Positions 1-9,940 of a DNA stretch of 64,000 nucleotides are shown piece after piece. The notes under the pieces are model-generated. The model was not told the origin of the DNA. It did not search any database and worked only from the letters and a program-made list of their open reading frames with translations. Source of the DNA: an uncultured candidate division Zixibacteria bacterium (lineage in GTDB: Bacteria; Zixibacteria; MSB-5A5; UBA10806); the NCBI GenBank assembly GCA_963801605.1, contig CAWDFP010000006.1, positions 992,001-1,056,000 of the forward strand, given 5' to 3'. The translations under genes were made by a program, and so were the position numbers. Position 1 is the stretch's first letter, and each line of letters opens with the position of its first letter.

Positions 1-958
1 CTTTTATGGTAACATCGGCGGCAATCTTTTTTGTAGTCGGTCCGCCATCCACCTCGAGCTTGAACGGCCTTGCGGGACGGCCCGATACGATGGGCACTTC
101 TAGCTCAAACGCTTGATTTTTATACCCATCCTGAAACCAAGGTAAGGTCTTTCCCAGTACCCGAAGGTGCCGATCCGGGCAAACTTGCCAATGATGAAAA
201 TCCTATTCGAACCGATTCCATTCAACCCGATAACTTTAATATGCCTGGCGTGCAGAGGGTTAATGAGAACATTAATAATGGTAAATTTTGATGAGGGCAT
301 TGAATGTAAATTGTTTTTTTTAGGTTTGTAATTATTTGAAGTAACATATTAGTAGATGGTGGCTAACGCGCGGCGGAATTCAACTTCCGATCATGAGTTA
401 GCCACTTTTAATTAGCGCGAAAAATTACCCCTCATGCTTTAATAATTCCGTTAGTTACATAATTGGTTTGCGTAATCGTTCATAATAACCCGCAGCACAT
501 TTTCATTGCAATTTAATACGATTTAATAGGTTGATATGGTTATTAGGAATAGTTGGCAATTTCGGAGAAAAATTACATTTCGTCACCCGAAGTTTACAAA
601 ATTTATTATAGCAAAAATGACATTAATTTTTCGCCTAACTTATCGCGTTTAGCTTGCTCATGACAAAATTTCAACAATTCGCGGTAATAAACATAAATGG
701 CATACTGCAATACCGTAGCACAAGCTTGATAACATGGGCATTGAGGATTAAATTGATGATTTTAAGCTGGCGAAAATGGAAGATTTACCATTAAATTCAT
801 CAATAAAAGAATAGCCCCGAGACATCGTTAACCCAAGTTAAGATAATATTTTATATAATTGTATTATTCCATCGATTTCCATGAGTAAATAATGGAACTC
901 GATTTTTTTCGATTTTGTTACCCTCATGTGATGCGGTATTGTCCGTGGGATATTTTCG

Positions 959-987
959 TTGACTGTCAATTGGGTGGTCACTATATT
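959..987 (+). promoter_or_regulatory. sigma70-like promoter upstream of pilin
   Basis: TTGACT (959-964), 17-nt spacer, TATATT (982-987). Confidence 0.55.
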
Positions 988-990
988 GCT

Positions 991-1006
991 TGGCGAGGAA
1001 ATTGCT
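991..1006 (+). promoter_or_regulatory. sigma54 (RpoN) -24/-12 promoter upstream of pilin
   Basis: TGGCGAGGAAATTGCT matches TGGCACG-N4-TTGCW with exact GG-N10-GC spacing, about 100 nt upstream of the pilin ATG. Confidence 0.7.
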
Positions 1007-1103
1007 TGAAGCAAGAGATACGGACTACTTTTTAATTCCATGCAGGTAGTTTTTTTTCGAAAACAATAATGAGTAAAATCAATAGACCCTTGAAGGAGGT
1101 ACT

Positions 1104-1502
1104 ATGCTAAACAAGCGACGCGACACCAAAGGATTCACCCTAGTAGAGGTATTGGTGGTGGTAGTAATTTTGGCAATTTTGGCCGCCATCGCCGTGCCAA
1201 TTTATCTGCACTATGTTGAGAGCGCCAGGGCCGGCGAGGCTCAGGAAGCAGTTGGAGCTGTTTGGGCTGCTTCTAAGGTTTACCACGCCGAGAATGGCCG
1301 TTGGCCGACAGACACCCGTCAGTTGACCCAGCTCAACCTCGATAAAATAGTTTCGGATAGATGGCAATTCACCATTACCCCCGGATCCAATGGTATCCAG
1401 AGAATCGCCGCTACCTCTACCGGTTTGATGCCCGGCGGAGCAGGTAAGATCGTGACTTTCAATGCGCAGACTGGCAAATGGAGCGGTTACGGTACCGATT
1501 AA
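1104..1502 (+). CDS. pilA: type IVa major pilin
   Basis: Prepilin site KG|FTLVE with E5, hydrophobic helix, P22; strong RBS aaggagg; first gene of operon. Confidence 0.88.
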   Translation: MLNKRRDTKGFTLVEVLVVVVILAILAAIAVPIYLHYVESARAGEAQEAVGAVWAASKVYHAENGRWPTDTRQLTQLNLDKIVSDRWQFTITPGSNGIQRIAATSTGLMPGGAGKIVTFNAQTGKWSGYGTD

Positions 1503-1517
1503 TAATTAACCCTTAAT

Positions 1518-2618
1518 TTGGATGTCGAATTGGATAATTTTGATGCAGTGAGCGGTATTTCCGCAACTGATAAATCGCTTAAAATAAACGACCTCTTGAA
1601 GTTCACCAAGGATCAGGGAGCTTCGGATTTACATCTTTCCGAAGGCTCGATCCCGATGATCCGCATAGACGGCCGTTTACATAAGCTTGATCTGCCCGGG
1701 CTGACTCGCCAGGGGATCAAGGATCTGGTTTTAAGTTCCATGACCAGCGAACAAATCAAGCGCTTTGAGCAGAGTTTCGAGGTCGACTTCGCTAAGGAGA
1801 TTGACGATAGCACCAGATTCCGCTGCAACGTCTATCGTCAAATTAACGGTATTGGCGGAGCTTTCAGAACCATTCCTGCCGATATTCGGACATTCGAGGA
1901 GCTTGGTCTTCCCGATATTATGAAGAGGTTGGCGCTTCTGGAGCGCGGATTGGTTCTTCTAACCGGTCCTACCGGTTCAGGCAAGACCACTTCGCTGGCC
2001 ACCATGGTCGACTGGATAAATCAGCACAAAGAATGCCATGTCATCACGATCGAAGATCCTGTGGAGTTTTTCCATCACAGCCGGCACAGCCTCATCAATC
2101 AGCGTGAGCTGGGAGCCTCGACCCAATCGTTCGGTAACGCCTTAAGAGCGGCACTGCGCGAGGACCCGGATGTTATTCTGGTGGGCGAGATGCGCGACCT
2201 GGAGACGGTATCGCTGGCCCTGACAGCGGCCGAAACCGGTCACCTGGTACTGGCGACTCTGCATACCTCATCGGCTACCAAAACGATCGACCGTATTCTC
2301 GATATCTTCCCATCAGAGCAGAAAGCGCAAGTGCGTTCAATGCTCTCTGAGTCGATTCAGGCGGTTGTCGCCCAATCGCTTTTGCCCCGCAAGGACAAAG
2401 GCCGGGTGGCGGCGCTCGAAGTTATGATAGCTACTGTTGCGGTGAGAAACCTGATTCGTGAAGACAAAATCTACCAGATCCCCTCAATCATTCAAGCCGG
2501 CGGTAAACAGGGAATGCAATCTCTCGATCAGCATCTTCTGACGCTGGTGGCTGAGGGCAAGATTGAGCGTTCCACGGCGGCTCAGCGCGCCGATAACCCG
2601 AAGCTCTTTTTGGATTAG
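1518..2618 (+). CDS. pilT: pilus retraction ATPase PilT
   Basis: GPTGSGKT, TIEDPVE, LREDPDVILVGEMRD, TGHLVLATLH, AVRNLIRE motif. Confidence 0.93.
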   Translation: MDVELDNFDAVSGISATDKSLKINDLLKFTKDQGASDLHLSEGSIPMIRIDGRLHKLDLPGLTRQGIKDLVLSSMTSEQIKRFEQSFEVDFAKEIDDSTRFRCNVYRQINGIGGAFRTIPADIRTFEELGLPDIMKRLALLERGLVLLTGPTGSGKTTSLATMVDWINQHKECHVITIEDPVEFFHHSRHSLINQRELGASTQSFGNALRAALREDPDVILVGEMRDLETVSLALTAAETGHLVLATLHTSSATKTIDRILDIFPSEQKAQVRSMLSESIQAVVAQSLLPRKDKGRVAALEVMIATVAVRNLIREDKIYQIPSIIQAGGKQGMQSLDQHLLTLVAEGKIERSTAAQRADNPKLFLD

Positions 2619-2624
2619 AGGAAC

Positions 2625-3068
2625 ATGAGATCTAAAATGAAGATTGCCCCGAACAGCGGCCGATCAAGCGGTTTTACGCTTGTTGAGCTTATGTTCGGGG
2701 TAGTCGTCGTTTCCATCGCCGTACTGGCGCTTTACCAGATGTTTATAACCGGCACGCTGATGATCACTCAAGAGTATCATCGGCGGGCGGGTCTGGAAAA
2801 AGCGCAGGCTAAGATGGAAATGGCGCGGTTTTTTAAAACCCAATTGGATACTGTGCCACGCAATTTAAGCGGGACATTTAGCGAGATGCTAATTCCGCCC
2901 GAAGAAGGCGAACATGATGGGATTGAAGCTGAATACACGATAATTGTCACTCCCAGCTCAGAACTCACCCGCAATGGATTACCGGTTTATAGCAGTATAG
3001 TCCTGAATTATACCTGGGTTGAGAAATCGGGCAAAGAACAAAAAATTGTCCTTCAAACTTATTTTTAG
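2625..3068 (+). CDS. minor pilin (PilV-like)
   Basis: SG|FTLVELM prepilin motif and hydrophobic helix. Confidence 0.8.
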   Translation: MRSKMKIAPNSGRSSGFTLVELMFGVVVVSIAVLALYQMFITGTLMITQEYHRRAGLEKAQAKMEMARFFKTQLDTVPRNLSGTFSEMLIPPEEGEHDGIEAEYTIIVTPSSELTRNGLPVYSSIVLNYTWVEKSGKEQKIVLQTYF

Positions 3069-3083
3069 GGTGGGCATAAAGCA

Positions 3084-3693
3084 ATGCTGATAAAAATAGC
3101 ACAAAGTCGTTTTGCGTCACGAGCCGGTGCAACTCTTGTGGAAATGGCGGCTACCTTATTTATCGCCGGTATCGCCATGAGCGGGATGGTGGTCGCATAT
3201 ACGGATGGGCTTCAGCACTGGCGTAAATCTTCTGAAAAGATGGTACTTTACAACGAGGGTGCGACAGTTTTATCTCTCATCGAGCGCTTTGTCAGGCAGT
3301 CCGATTATATCACTACTTATTCCGGCTATCGGGTTCCCAGCCACAAAATGGATTTGAAGGTTCTGGTATATACAGGGAACACGATTGCCGAACGGGATGC
3401 CCAATTTTTCTATTCCTCGTTCGACAACACGTTGCGTTGGAACAATATGACCGGCAACGATGGCGCTTTTAACGAAAGACTATTGCCGCAGTATAATTTC
3501 CGACTCGAGCGGGGCGAAAAACCCTATCTGGAGGTTCAGGAGGTTACGTTTACTCCGTTGGATACCATACCATCTCAAAGCCCGTCAACCGATGGCTGCA
3601 TTCTGGTGAAAATTGATCTTTTGTTGAACGATGCGACGTGGGGATACGTTATCATTATCGAGCATGATTGCAAGGCGAAATAAATCGGAATAA
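3084..3693 (+). CDS. minor pilin (PilW-like); probable frameshift near 3637
   Basis: AG|ATLVEM motif; ORF track ends at 3683 but the alternative frame reads RGDTLSLSSMIARRNKSE* to 3693, a typical minor-pilin C-terminus. Confidence 0.72.
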
Positions 3694-3695
3694 CT

Positions 3696-5153
3696 TTGAA
3701 ACTTCGCAATTCCAGCAAAAGGAGACCCAGGGTGGTACTCAAAAAATCAGAAGAAGGTAGTATCCTGGTGATGGCGGTGGTGCTTTCGTTTGTCACAATA
3801 CTTTTGGGTGTGACTTTTTTGACTTTTGCGGTAACACTCCATAACAATGTCAGCTATGAGATCGCCGACAAGCAGTCGTTGTACGATGTTAATGCTGGGT
3901 TGATGTGGGGATTGGCGGATAAGGTGGCCGGTCGTGATAGTCATGGCGTGATGCGCCCTTTTTATGACGACAATTGGATCGGCTATAGTTTTTCGGCTGA
4001 AGGCGGCCAGGATATCGATATCGGCACTCTCAATCAAATTGAAATTTATGGCCGCGGGCGTTCCGAATACGAGGGCTTGAATCTCAACAAGAGAATCTCG
4101 ATGAGTTACTCCTGGGAGACATACGCCGATTATCTTTATATTACAAGTTCTGAAAGAGACCCTCTGCGTCATGAGCCAATTTATTTTTGGACTCCTGACA
4201 CCTTGGATGGCAAAGTGCATTCCAACGATACCATCCGAATTATGGATTATGATGATCACCCGGTATTCAAAAAGCGTGTGACCAGCACTCGCAATGTGTT
4301 TTTGCCTCCCGGAAATCATGCCCGATTCGATCAGGGCAAGGGACCCCGGGCGAGAATCGTATTTCCCGATATGGCAACTGAGTTACGCAACACAGCCGGC
4401 TGGAGCACGGGTACCGGAGGTCACGATTCGTTGACGCAATTAGTTCTTTCAGACAATTATATTTATTATCGAAAATGCGGTAAGGTAAGAGTTGGGAGTG
4501 TCTGGAAAATTCATTGCGATCCGGCGGCAATAGGAGATCAATATATTTCTATTCCTGCCAGCGGCGTGATCTTCATTTATGGGAAATGCTGGGTATCAGC
4601 CTCGCGGGGAATGGTTGATATGATGGATGGCGCTTACCCGGAAAGTTCCATGGTCGATGGAATATTTACTTCCAACGGCTTCTCGGGACAGCTAACCATT
4701 GGATCGGCCGATACCATGATCATTCCCGATAATATTGTGTATAAACATGCCAGGCTGGATCATTCGGTACCGACCACCATGGATTCCTGCTCGGATGTCT
4801 TAGGATTAGTTTCAGAAAATTATATAATGATGGGTAAGCTAACGAGAGATACTCTCTACGTCAATGCAGCATTGGCCGCCGTTAGAGGTTCTATTTCGGT
4901 ACAGGATATTTATTCGAACTCCGATAACGAAAAGCAATCGCTTTTCATTTGGGGCAGCCTGGCGCAGCGCAATCGAGGTATCATCCATATAAATGATTTT
5001 TCTTCTCGGGGTTTCATTGAAAAGGATTATCACTACGATGTCAGGCTTATGGAACATCCCCCGCCGCATTACATGAAGACGGCTCAGGAGAAGGTTCGCT
5101 TTATAGAGCCTCTTTTTGGCAGCGGGGATAATACTGGCGGCGGAGGCGGTTGA
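3696..5153 (+). CDS. large PilX-type minor pilin, ComZ/DUF4900-like, copy 1
   Basis: EEG|SILVMAVV (no E5); GKVHSN; C-terminal GSLAQ..RG...KDYHYD.RL..PPPHY. Confidence 0.72.
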   Translation: MKLRNSSKRRPRVVLKKSEEGSILVMAVVLSFVTILLGVTFLTFAVTLHNNVSYEIADKQSLYDVNAGLMWGLADKVAGRDSHGVMRPFYDDNWIGYSFSAEGGQDIDIGTLNQIEIYGRGRSEYEGLNLNKRISMSYSWETYADYLYITSSERDPLRHEPIYFWTPDTLDGKVHSNDTIRIMDYDDHPVFKKRVTSTRNVFLPPGNHARFDQGKGPRARIVFPDMATELRNTAGWSTGTGGHDSLTQLVLSDNYIYYRKCGKVRVGSVWKIHCDPAAIGDQYISIPASGVIFIYGKCWVSASRGMVDMMDGAYPESSMVDGIFTSNGFSGQLTIGSADTMIIPDNIVYKHARLDHSVPTTMDSCSDVLGLVSENYIMMGKLTRDTLYVNAALAAVRGSISVQDIYSNSDNEKQSLFIWGSLAQRNRGIIHINDFSSRGFIEKDYHYDVRLMEHPPPHYMKTAQEKVRFIEPLFGSGDNTGGGGG

Positions 5154-5211
5154 GATCGGTCGCTCTACTAAAATTTATGGTTTGGCTACGGGAAACGCGA
5201 GGTTTTACGAG

Positions 5212-6636
5212 ATGATAGCAATCGGATCGAACACGGAAAAAGGAAGCATCCTGGTAATGGCGGTGGTGCTTTCGTTTGTCACAATTCTCTTAGGTGTGAC
5301 ATTTTTAACTTTTGCGGTGACGCTCCATAACAATGTCAGTTATGAGATCGCCGACAAGCAGTGTTTGTACGATGTTCATGCCGGGTTGATGTGGGGTCTG
5401 GCGGACAAAACGATGGGTCGTGATAGTCATGGTGTTATGCGCCCCTATTACGAGAACAATTGGATAGGTTATAGCTTCTCGGCCGTCGGGGGAGAGGATA
5501 TCGATATCGGCCAGCTCAGCGAGATCTCAGTTTATGGCCGCGGCCGCTCCGAATATGAAGGGCTCAATATCAGCCGCAAAATGTCGCTTAATTTCTCCTG
5601 GGAAACTTATGCCGATTATTTGTACATTTCGAATAAGGAACGAGATCCAGTCAGGGGCGATATAATCCGCTTTTGGACCCCGGATACACTGGATGGCAAA
5701 GTTCATTCCAATGACACTATTCATATTCAGGAAAGCGCGGATCGGCCGAGGTTTATGAAGCGTGTCACCAGCACCCGAAATTTTTATGATCCGCCGGGAA
5801 ACCATGCTCGTTTCGACCAAGGTAAAGGCCCCAGAGCTCCAATTTTCTTTCCGGATCAGGCAACCGAGCTGCGCAATGTGGCCGGCTGGACTACCGGGAC
5901 CGCGGGTCATGATTCGCTCACTCAGATAGTGCTTTCGGACGGATTTATTTTTTACAGAAAATGCGGTAGAATAGTAGTCAATAACGTCGTTAAAATTCAC
6001 TGCACTCCGGATTTTATGGGCGATCAGTATGTAACTATTCCAGCCAGCGGGGTTATCTTTATATACGGCAAATGCTGGGTTACGGCCCCGAGAGGCAGAA
6101 AAGACATGATGGATGGCCCATATCCAGAGAGTTCCATGACCGATGGTATTCTTGTTTCCAACGGTTTCGAAGGACAGCTCACCATTGGCTCATCGGATAC
6201 GATGATTATTCCCGATAATATTGTGTATAAACACGCCAGATCAAACTACTCGGTACCAACTACTATGGATTCCTGCCGTGATATTCTGGGGCTGGTTTCG
6301 GAAAATTATATCATGGTCGGCAGGCTGGTACGAGATACGGTTTATATTAACGCCGCTCTGGCTGCTGTGAGAGGCTCTATCTCGGTAGAGGATATTTACT
6401 GGTATAATCCGCCTCTATGGGATAATGAGAAGCAATCGCTGTTTATCTGGGGTAGCTTAGCGCAATACAATCGGGGAATAGTGCATACCAGCGAGCCCAG
6501 CGGTCACACGCGCGGTTTCGTTGAAAAAGATTACCACTACGATATCAGGCTTCAAAATAATCCTCCTCCGCATTTTATGCGTACGGCCAGAGAGAAGATT
6601 CAATATATCGAGACTCTGTTTAGCGATGGAGGCTGA
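5212..6636 (+). CDS. large PilX-type minor pilin, ComZ/DUF4900-like, copy 2
   Basis: Close paralog of 3696-5153; ATG 5212 follows gagg; EKG|SILVMAVV. Confidence 0.72.
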   Translation: MIAIGSNTEKGSILVMAVVLSFVTILLGVTFLTFAVTLHNNVSYEIADKQCLYDVHAGLMWGLADKTMGRDSHGVMRPYYENNWIGYSFSAVGGEDIDIGQLSEISVYGRGRSEYEGLNISRKMSLNFSWETYADYLYISNKERDPVRGDIIRFWTPDTLDGKVHSNDTIHIQESADRPRFMKRVTSTRNFYDPPGNHARFDQGKGPRAPIFFPDQATELRNVAGWTTGTAGHDSLTQIVLSDGFIFYRKCGRIVVNNVVKIHCTPDFMGDQYVTIPASGVIFIYGKCWVTAPRGRKDMMDGPYPESSMTDGILVSNGFEGQLTIGSSDTMIIPDNIVYKHARSNYSVPTTMDSCRDILGLVSENYIMVGRLVRDTVYINAALAAVRGSISVEDIYWYNPPLWDNEKQSLFIWGSLAQYNRGIVHTSEPSGHTRGFVEKDYHYDIRLQNNPPPHFMRTAREKIQYIETLFSDGG

Positions 6637-6694
6637 GAACGCTTCCAAGAGGTGAAGCGTTAGGGGGGTAAGCAGCGAGTTGGCGAGTTAAGGG

Positions 6695-8092
6695 ATGATG
6701 GCAGCAAAATTGAAAAAGCAGGGGGGGAGCGTACTGGTGATGGCGGTCGTGCTATCGCTGGTTACTATTTTCCTCGGCGTATCATTCCTTACTCTAGCAG
6801 TTACGTTACATAATCAAACAACTTATGAGATTGCTTCAGCGCAAGCGCTTTATGATAGTTTCGCGGGAGCCTTGAAGGGAGCTTGCGATTGGCAAAATGG
6901 CAGATATGAACGTGGCGCAATGCGCGAATTCTATAAGGATAATTTTAACGGATTCAAAATAATTGGATTTTCCAATATAGAAGGCAGCCCGCCAACGACC
7001 GCGAAGGTCATCGGTTATGGTCGCTCTACTTTTATGGAAAATGATATCACCAAAGAAGTAATTCTGAATATTGTTCCTTTCGAATCGTTCGCTGCTTTCG
7101 CTTATCTTTCCAATAGTGAACGTGATCCCATGAGGCTTGATCGCTTGCATTTTGCTACGCCCGATACATTTGATGGCAAAGTTCATTCCAATGATTCGCT
7201 CTATATATTAGGTCAAGCGGTGTTCAGAAAACGAGTAACCAGTTCCCATGCTGTGTTTACTGATAACCATGCCCGGTTCGATCAAGGCAAAGGCATTAGG
7301 CCACCGATTGAATTCCAGGGCCAATCACAGCGTATTAGATCACATTCCAAGTATGATTGGGGGACGCAGGGGCATGATTCGCTAACCCAAATAGCTCTAT
7401 CGGACAGCCTCATTTATATGAGGAAATGCGGTAAAATATTGGTTGATGGTATTTATAAAATCCACTGCTCGCCAGCCGAGCTTGGGGCAAATTCCTTTCC
7501 AATACCTTTAAACGGAGCGATCTTTGTGAAAGGCAAAGTCTGGATTTCGGCGGCCCGAGGCAGAGTAGATCGAATGGACGGAGAATTTCCGGAAGACTCC
7601 TTCACCGATGGCAATTTTATATCGCAAGGTTTTTCGGGACATTTAACATTTGGTACATCAGATACCATGATAATAGTTGATAATCTCGTTTATAAGCATT
7701 CGAGACCAAATTATACGATCCCAACCGTAATGGATTCCTGCTCTGATTTATTAGGGCTAGTTTCTGAAAACTATATAATGGTTGGCAAGCTTGTAAGCGA
7801 TACGGTTTATATTCATGCGGCGATGGCTGCACTTCGCGGGGCATTTTCAATACAAGATATTTACTATGGCCAACCACCGGGATGGGATAACGAAAAACAA
7901 TCGCTTTTTATTCGCGGATCAATAGCTCAATTTAACAGAGGCATACTGCATACAAGTGAACCGAATGGTCATCGACGAGGCTTTATTGAAAAAGAATACG
8001 ACTATGATACCAGACTAGAAAATCAAGTGCCACCATTCTATCCTATTGCTAGTGAAGGCGAAATGGTATATTTGGAATTGCACCAGAATTAG
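6695..8092 (+). CDS. large PilX-type minor pilin, ComZ/DUF4900-like, copy 3
   Basis: QGG|SVLVMAVV; same motifs (TPDTFDGKVHSND, GLVSENYI, DNEKQSLF), more diverged. Confidence 0.72.
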   Translation: MMAAKLKKQGGSVLVMAVVLSLVTIFLGVSFLTLAVTLHNQTTYEIASAQALYDSFAGALKGACDWQNGRYERGAMREFYKDNFNGFKIIGFSNIEGSPPTTAKVIGYGRSTFMENDITKEVILNIVPFESFAAFAYLSNSERDPMRLDRLHFATPDTFDGKVHSNDSLYILGQAVFRKRVTSSHAVFTDNHARFDQGKGIRPPIEFQGQSQRIRSHSKYDWGTQGHDSLTQIALSDSLIYMRKCGKILVDGIYKIHCSPAELGANSFPIPLNGAIFVKGKVWISAARGRVDRMDGEFPEDSFTDGNFISQGFSGHLTFGTSDTMIIVDNLVYKHSRPNYTIPTVMDSCSDLLGLVSENYIMVGKLVSDTVYIHAAMAALRGAFSIQDIYYGQPPGWDNEKQSLFIRGSIAQFNRGILHTSEPNGHRRGFIEKEYDYDTRLENQVPPFYPIASEGEMVYLELHQN

Positions 8093-8299
8093 ATGGTATA
8101 GGCAATGACGACAAACTTTGAAATTATGATGATTATGATCGCAGATAAATTATTGGGGATGATTGAATGTCGGAGGTAGTATTAATTTTAGGCACGATTC
8201 TTATATTTTATTCTCCCCTTTTGCACGCCAAAGAAAAGTTACAATTCGCAAAATATATGGAATCTTGAGGATAGATAGTTTCAATGGATAAGGAGTATT

Positions 8300-9349
8300 A
8301 TGGCAAAGACGACTCTGGGTCTTGACATCGGTTCCTACGCCGTCAAGATGGTCGAAATAGATATCGAGGAAAGCAGGCGCAAGCTGAAAAGCTTCGCCAT
8401 CGTCGATGTCTATGGAGATGGCGAGGAATATGATGCCGAGGGCGCCAGCTACAGCCGCCTGTCTGCGGCCCTGAAGAGCTGCTTTAAGCAAATCAAGGTT
8501 GCTCCCAAGCGGATCAAGAATCTAAACTGCGCATTAGGCGGTACGAGTGTGGCCGTCAAGCAGATAAGATCCATTCCCTTAGGCCCCGAGGAGCTCGAAT
8601 CCTCTCTGGCCTTTGAAGCCCGCAAACATCTGCCATTAGACGATACCGAGGCCATCCTGGATTTCCAGATCGTCGACGGCGGAGCGGAATCAACGTTCAT
8701 GGATATTCTCCTGGTGGCAACCACCAAGAAGGCATTCGACAACGAGCTCAAGCTATTGGCCGATTTTGGAGCCAAACCCAAGATCATCGACGCCAACTGC
8801 ACGGCCCTGGTTAATTCTTATCTTCTTACCAGAGGCAAGCCAGAGACCGAAGCCGCCCTGGTGTTCATTGACATCGGAGCTAAATCAACCAATCTCACGA
8901 TCTTTACCGACAAGAACATTCTCTTCTCGCGTGATATCCCGATCGGCGGATACAAAATCACCGAGGACGTCAAAACGGTTCGCAAGGTTGAATATGCCGA
9001 GGCCGAGGATCTCAAAAAGAGCCGCGGTATGGGCGCTTTGCTGGAAGGCCCGGATGAAGGTCCGGCCATCAGAGTGGCGCGCCGCATGTCTGTCGATGGT
9101 CTTATCGATGAGATCAGGCGTTCGCTGCGCTATTATACCAAGGAAACCAGCGTCCGCGATTTCGACAAGATTCTCCTTTGCGGCGGCACGGCCCTGATGC
9201 CGAATCTCAATTCTCACATGGCGCAGGCCCTTAATATGACGGTTGAGATTTATAATCCGTTCGAAATGTTTACAGTTCCGCCGGGCTTTAATGCTCCGAT
9301 GGGGGCGCAACTTGCTATCGCCTGCGGATTAGCCCTGAGGGAGGATTGA
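8300..9349 (+). CDS. pilM: type IV pilus assembly protein PilM
   Basis: LGLDIGSYAVK, IDIGAKST, LCGG, ACGLALR actin-like motifs. Confidence 0.92.
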   Translation: MAKTTLGLDIGSYAVKMVEIDIEESRRKLKSFAIVDVYGDGEEYDAEGASYSRLSAALKSCFKQIKVAPKRIKNLNCALGGTSVAVKQIRSIPLGPEELESSLAFEARKHLPLDDTEAILDFQIVDGGAESTFMDILLVATTKKAFDNELKLLADFGAKPKIIDANCTALVNSYLLTRGKPETEAALVFIDIGAKSTNLTIFTDKNILFSRDIPIGGYKITEDVKTVRKVEYAEAEDLKKSRGMGALLEGPDEGPAIRVARRMSVDGLIDEIRRSLRYYTKETSVRDFDKILLCGGTALMPNLNSHMAQALNMTVEIYNPFEMFTVPPGFNAPMGAQLAIACGLALRED

Positions 9350-9927
9350 TGAGAGCACAATCGTATAAAATCAACCTCAACAAGGCCTCCAATCGTCTGG
9401 ATCAGTTTGAAAATACCAGGAAGAGACGTAAATATATTACGCTGGCCCTGTTTTTCCTTTTGCTGATCGCCGGCTCCGGTTACGTGGTATATAAGACCTC
9501 CCTGGTTCAAAAGCAGATCGACAGGCAAAAGGCGGATTTGCAGGAGATACAGAACAAGATCGAGCGGCTCGAAGCCTCGACCGAGTATCTCTCACCCGAG
9601 GATATTTTCAGATTGGCTAACGTGGCTCGCGGCCGATTGACCTGGTCGCCCAAGCTATCTGTGATAGCCGATATTCTCCCCAAGGACATTGCCATAACAG
9701 AGCTCACCTACGACAGTAATCTCAAGGTTTTTATGATCAAAGGCGTATCCAAAGTCAGATCCGATATGAAGGATCTTGATCTGGTGGTTTCGATCATTGA
9801 TTTATTGAAGGCCCAACCGGAATTCAGCAAGGATTTCGCAGAGATTAAGTTCCAAAGCTCGCAACGCGTCAAGCACAACGAACAGGAGATCGTCAAATTC
9901 GAGATCGCCTGCTTGCTGAAGGCATGA
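9349..9927 (+). CDS. pilN: PilN-family protein
   Basis: KINL motif, TM helix, coiled coil, LP..I.I..L; follows pilM. Confidence 0.8.
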   Translation: MRAQSYKINLNKASNRLDQFENTRKRRKYITLALFFLLLIAGSGYVVYKTSLVQKQIDRQKADLQEIQNKIERLEASTEYLSPEDIFRLANVARGRLTWSPKLSVIADILPKDIAITELTYDSNLKVFMIKGVSKVRSDMKDLDLVVSIIDLLKAQPEFSKDFAEIKFQSSQRVKHNEQEIVKFEIACLLKA

Positions 9928-9940
9928 GGTTGGAGGGAAA

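Noticed and set aside
70..291. ORF at the window start
   Set aside because: No recognisable motif; may be the tail of a frameshifted upstream gene, cannot be called
359..405. GTGGCTAAC...GTTAGCCAC inverted repeat as an integron attC site
   Set aside because: Only about 45 nt, shorter than attC sites; single copy; no integrase. More likely a terminator-type hairpin
3696..8092. Diversity-generating retroelement behind the pilin paralogs
   Set aside because: No reverse transcriptase, and differences are whole-gene paralogy rather than adenine-specific
8190..8206. AGGCACGATTCTTAT as a sigma54 promoter for pilM
   Set aside because: The essential -12 GC is absent
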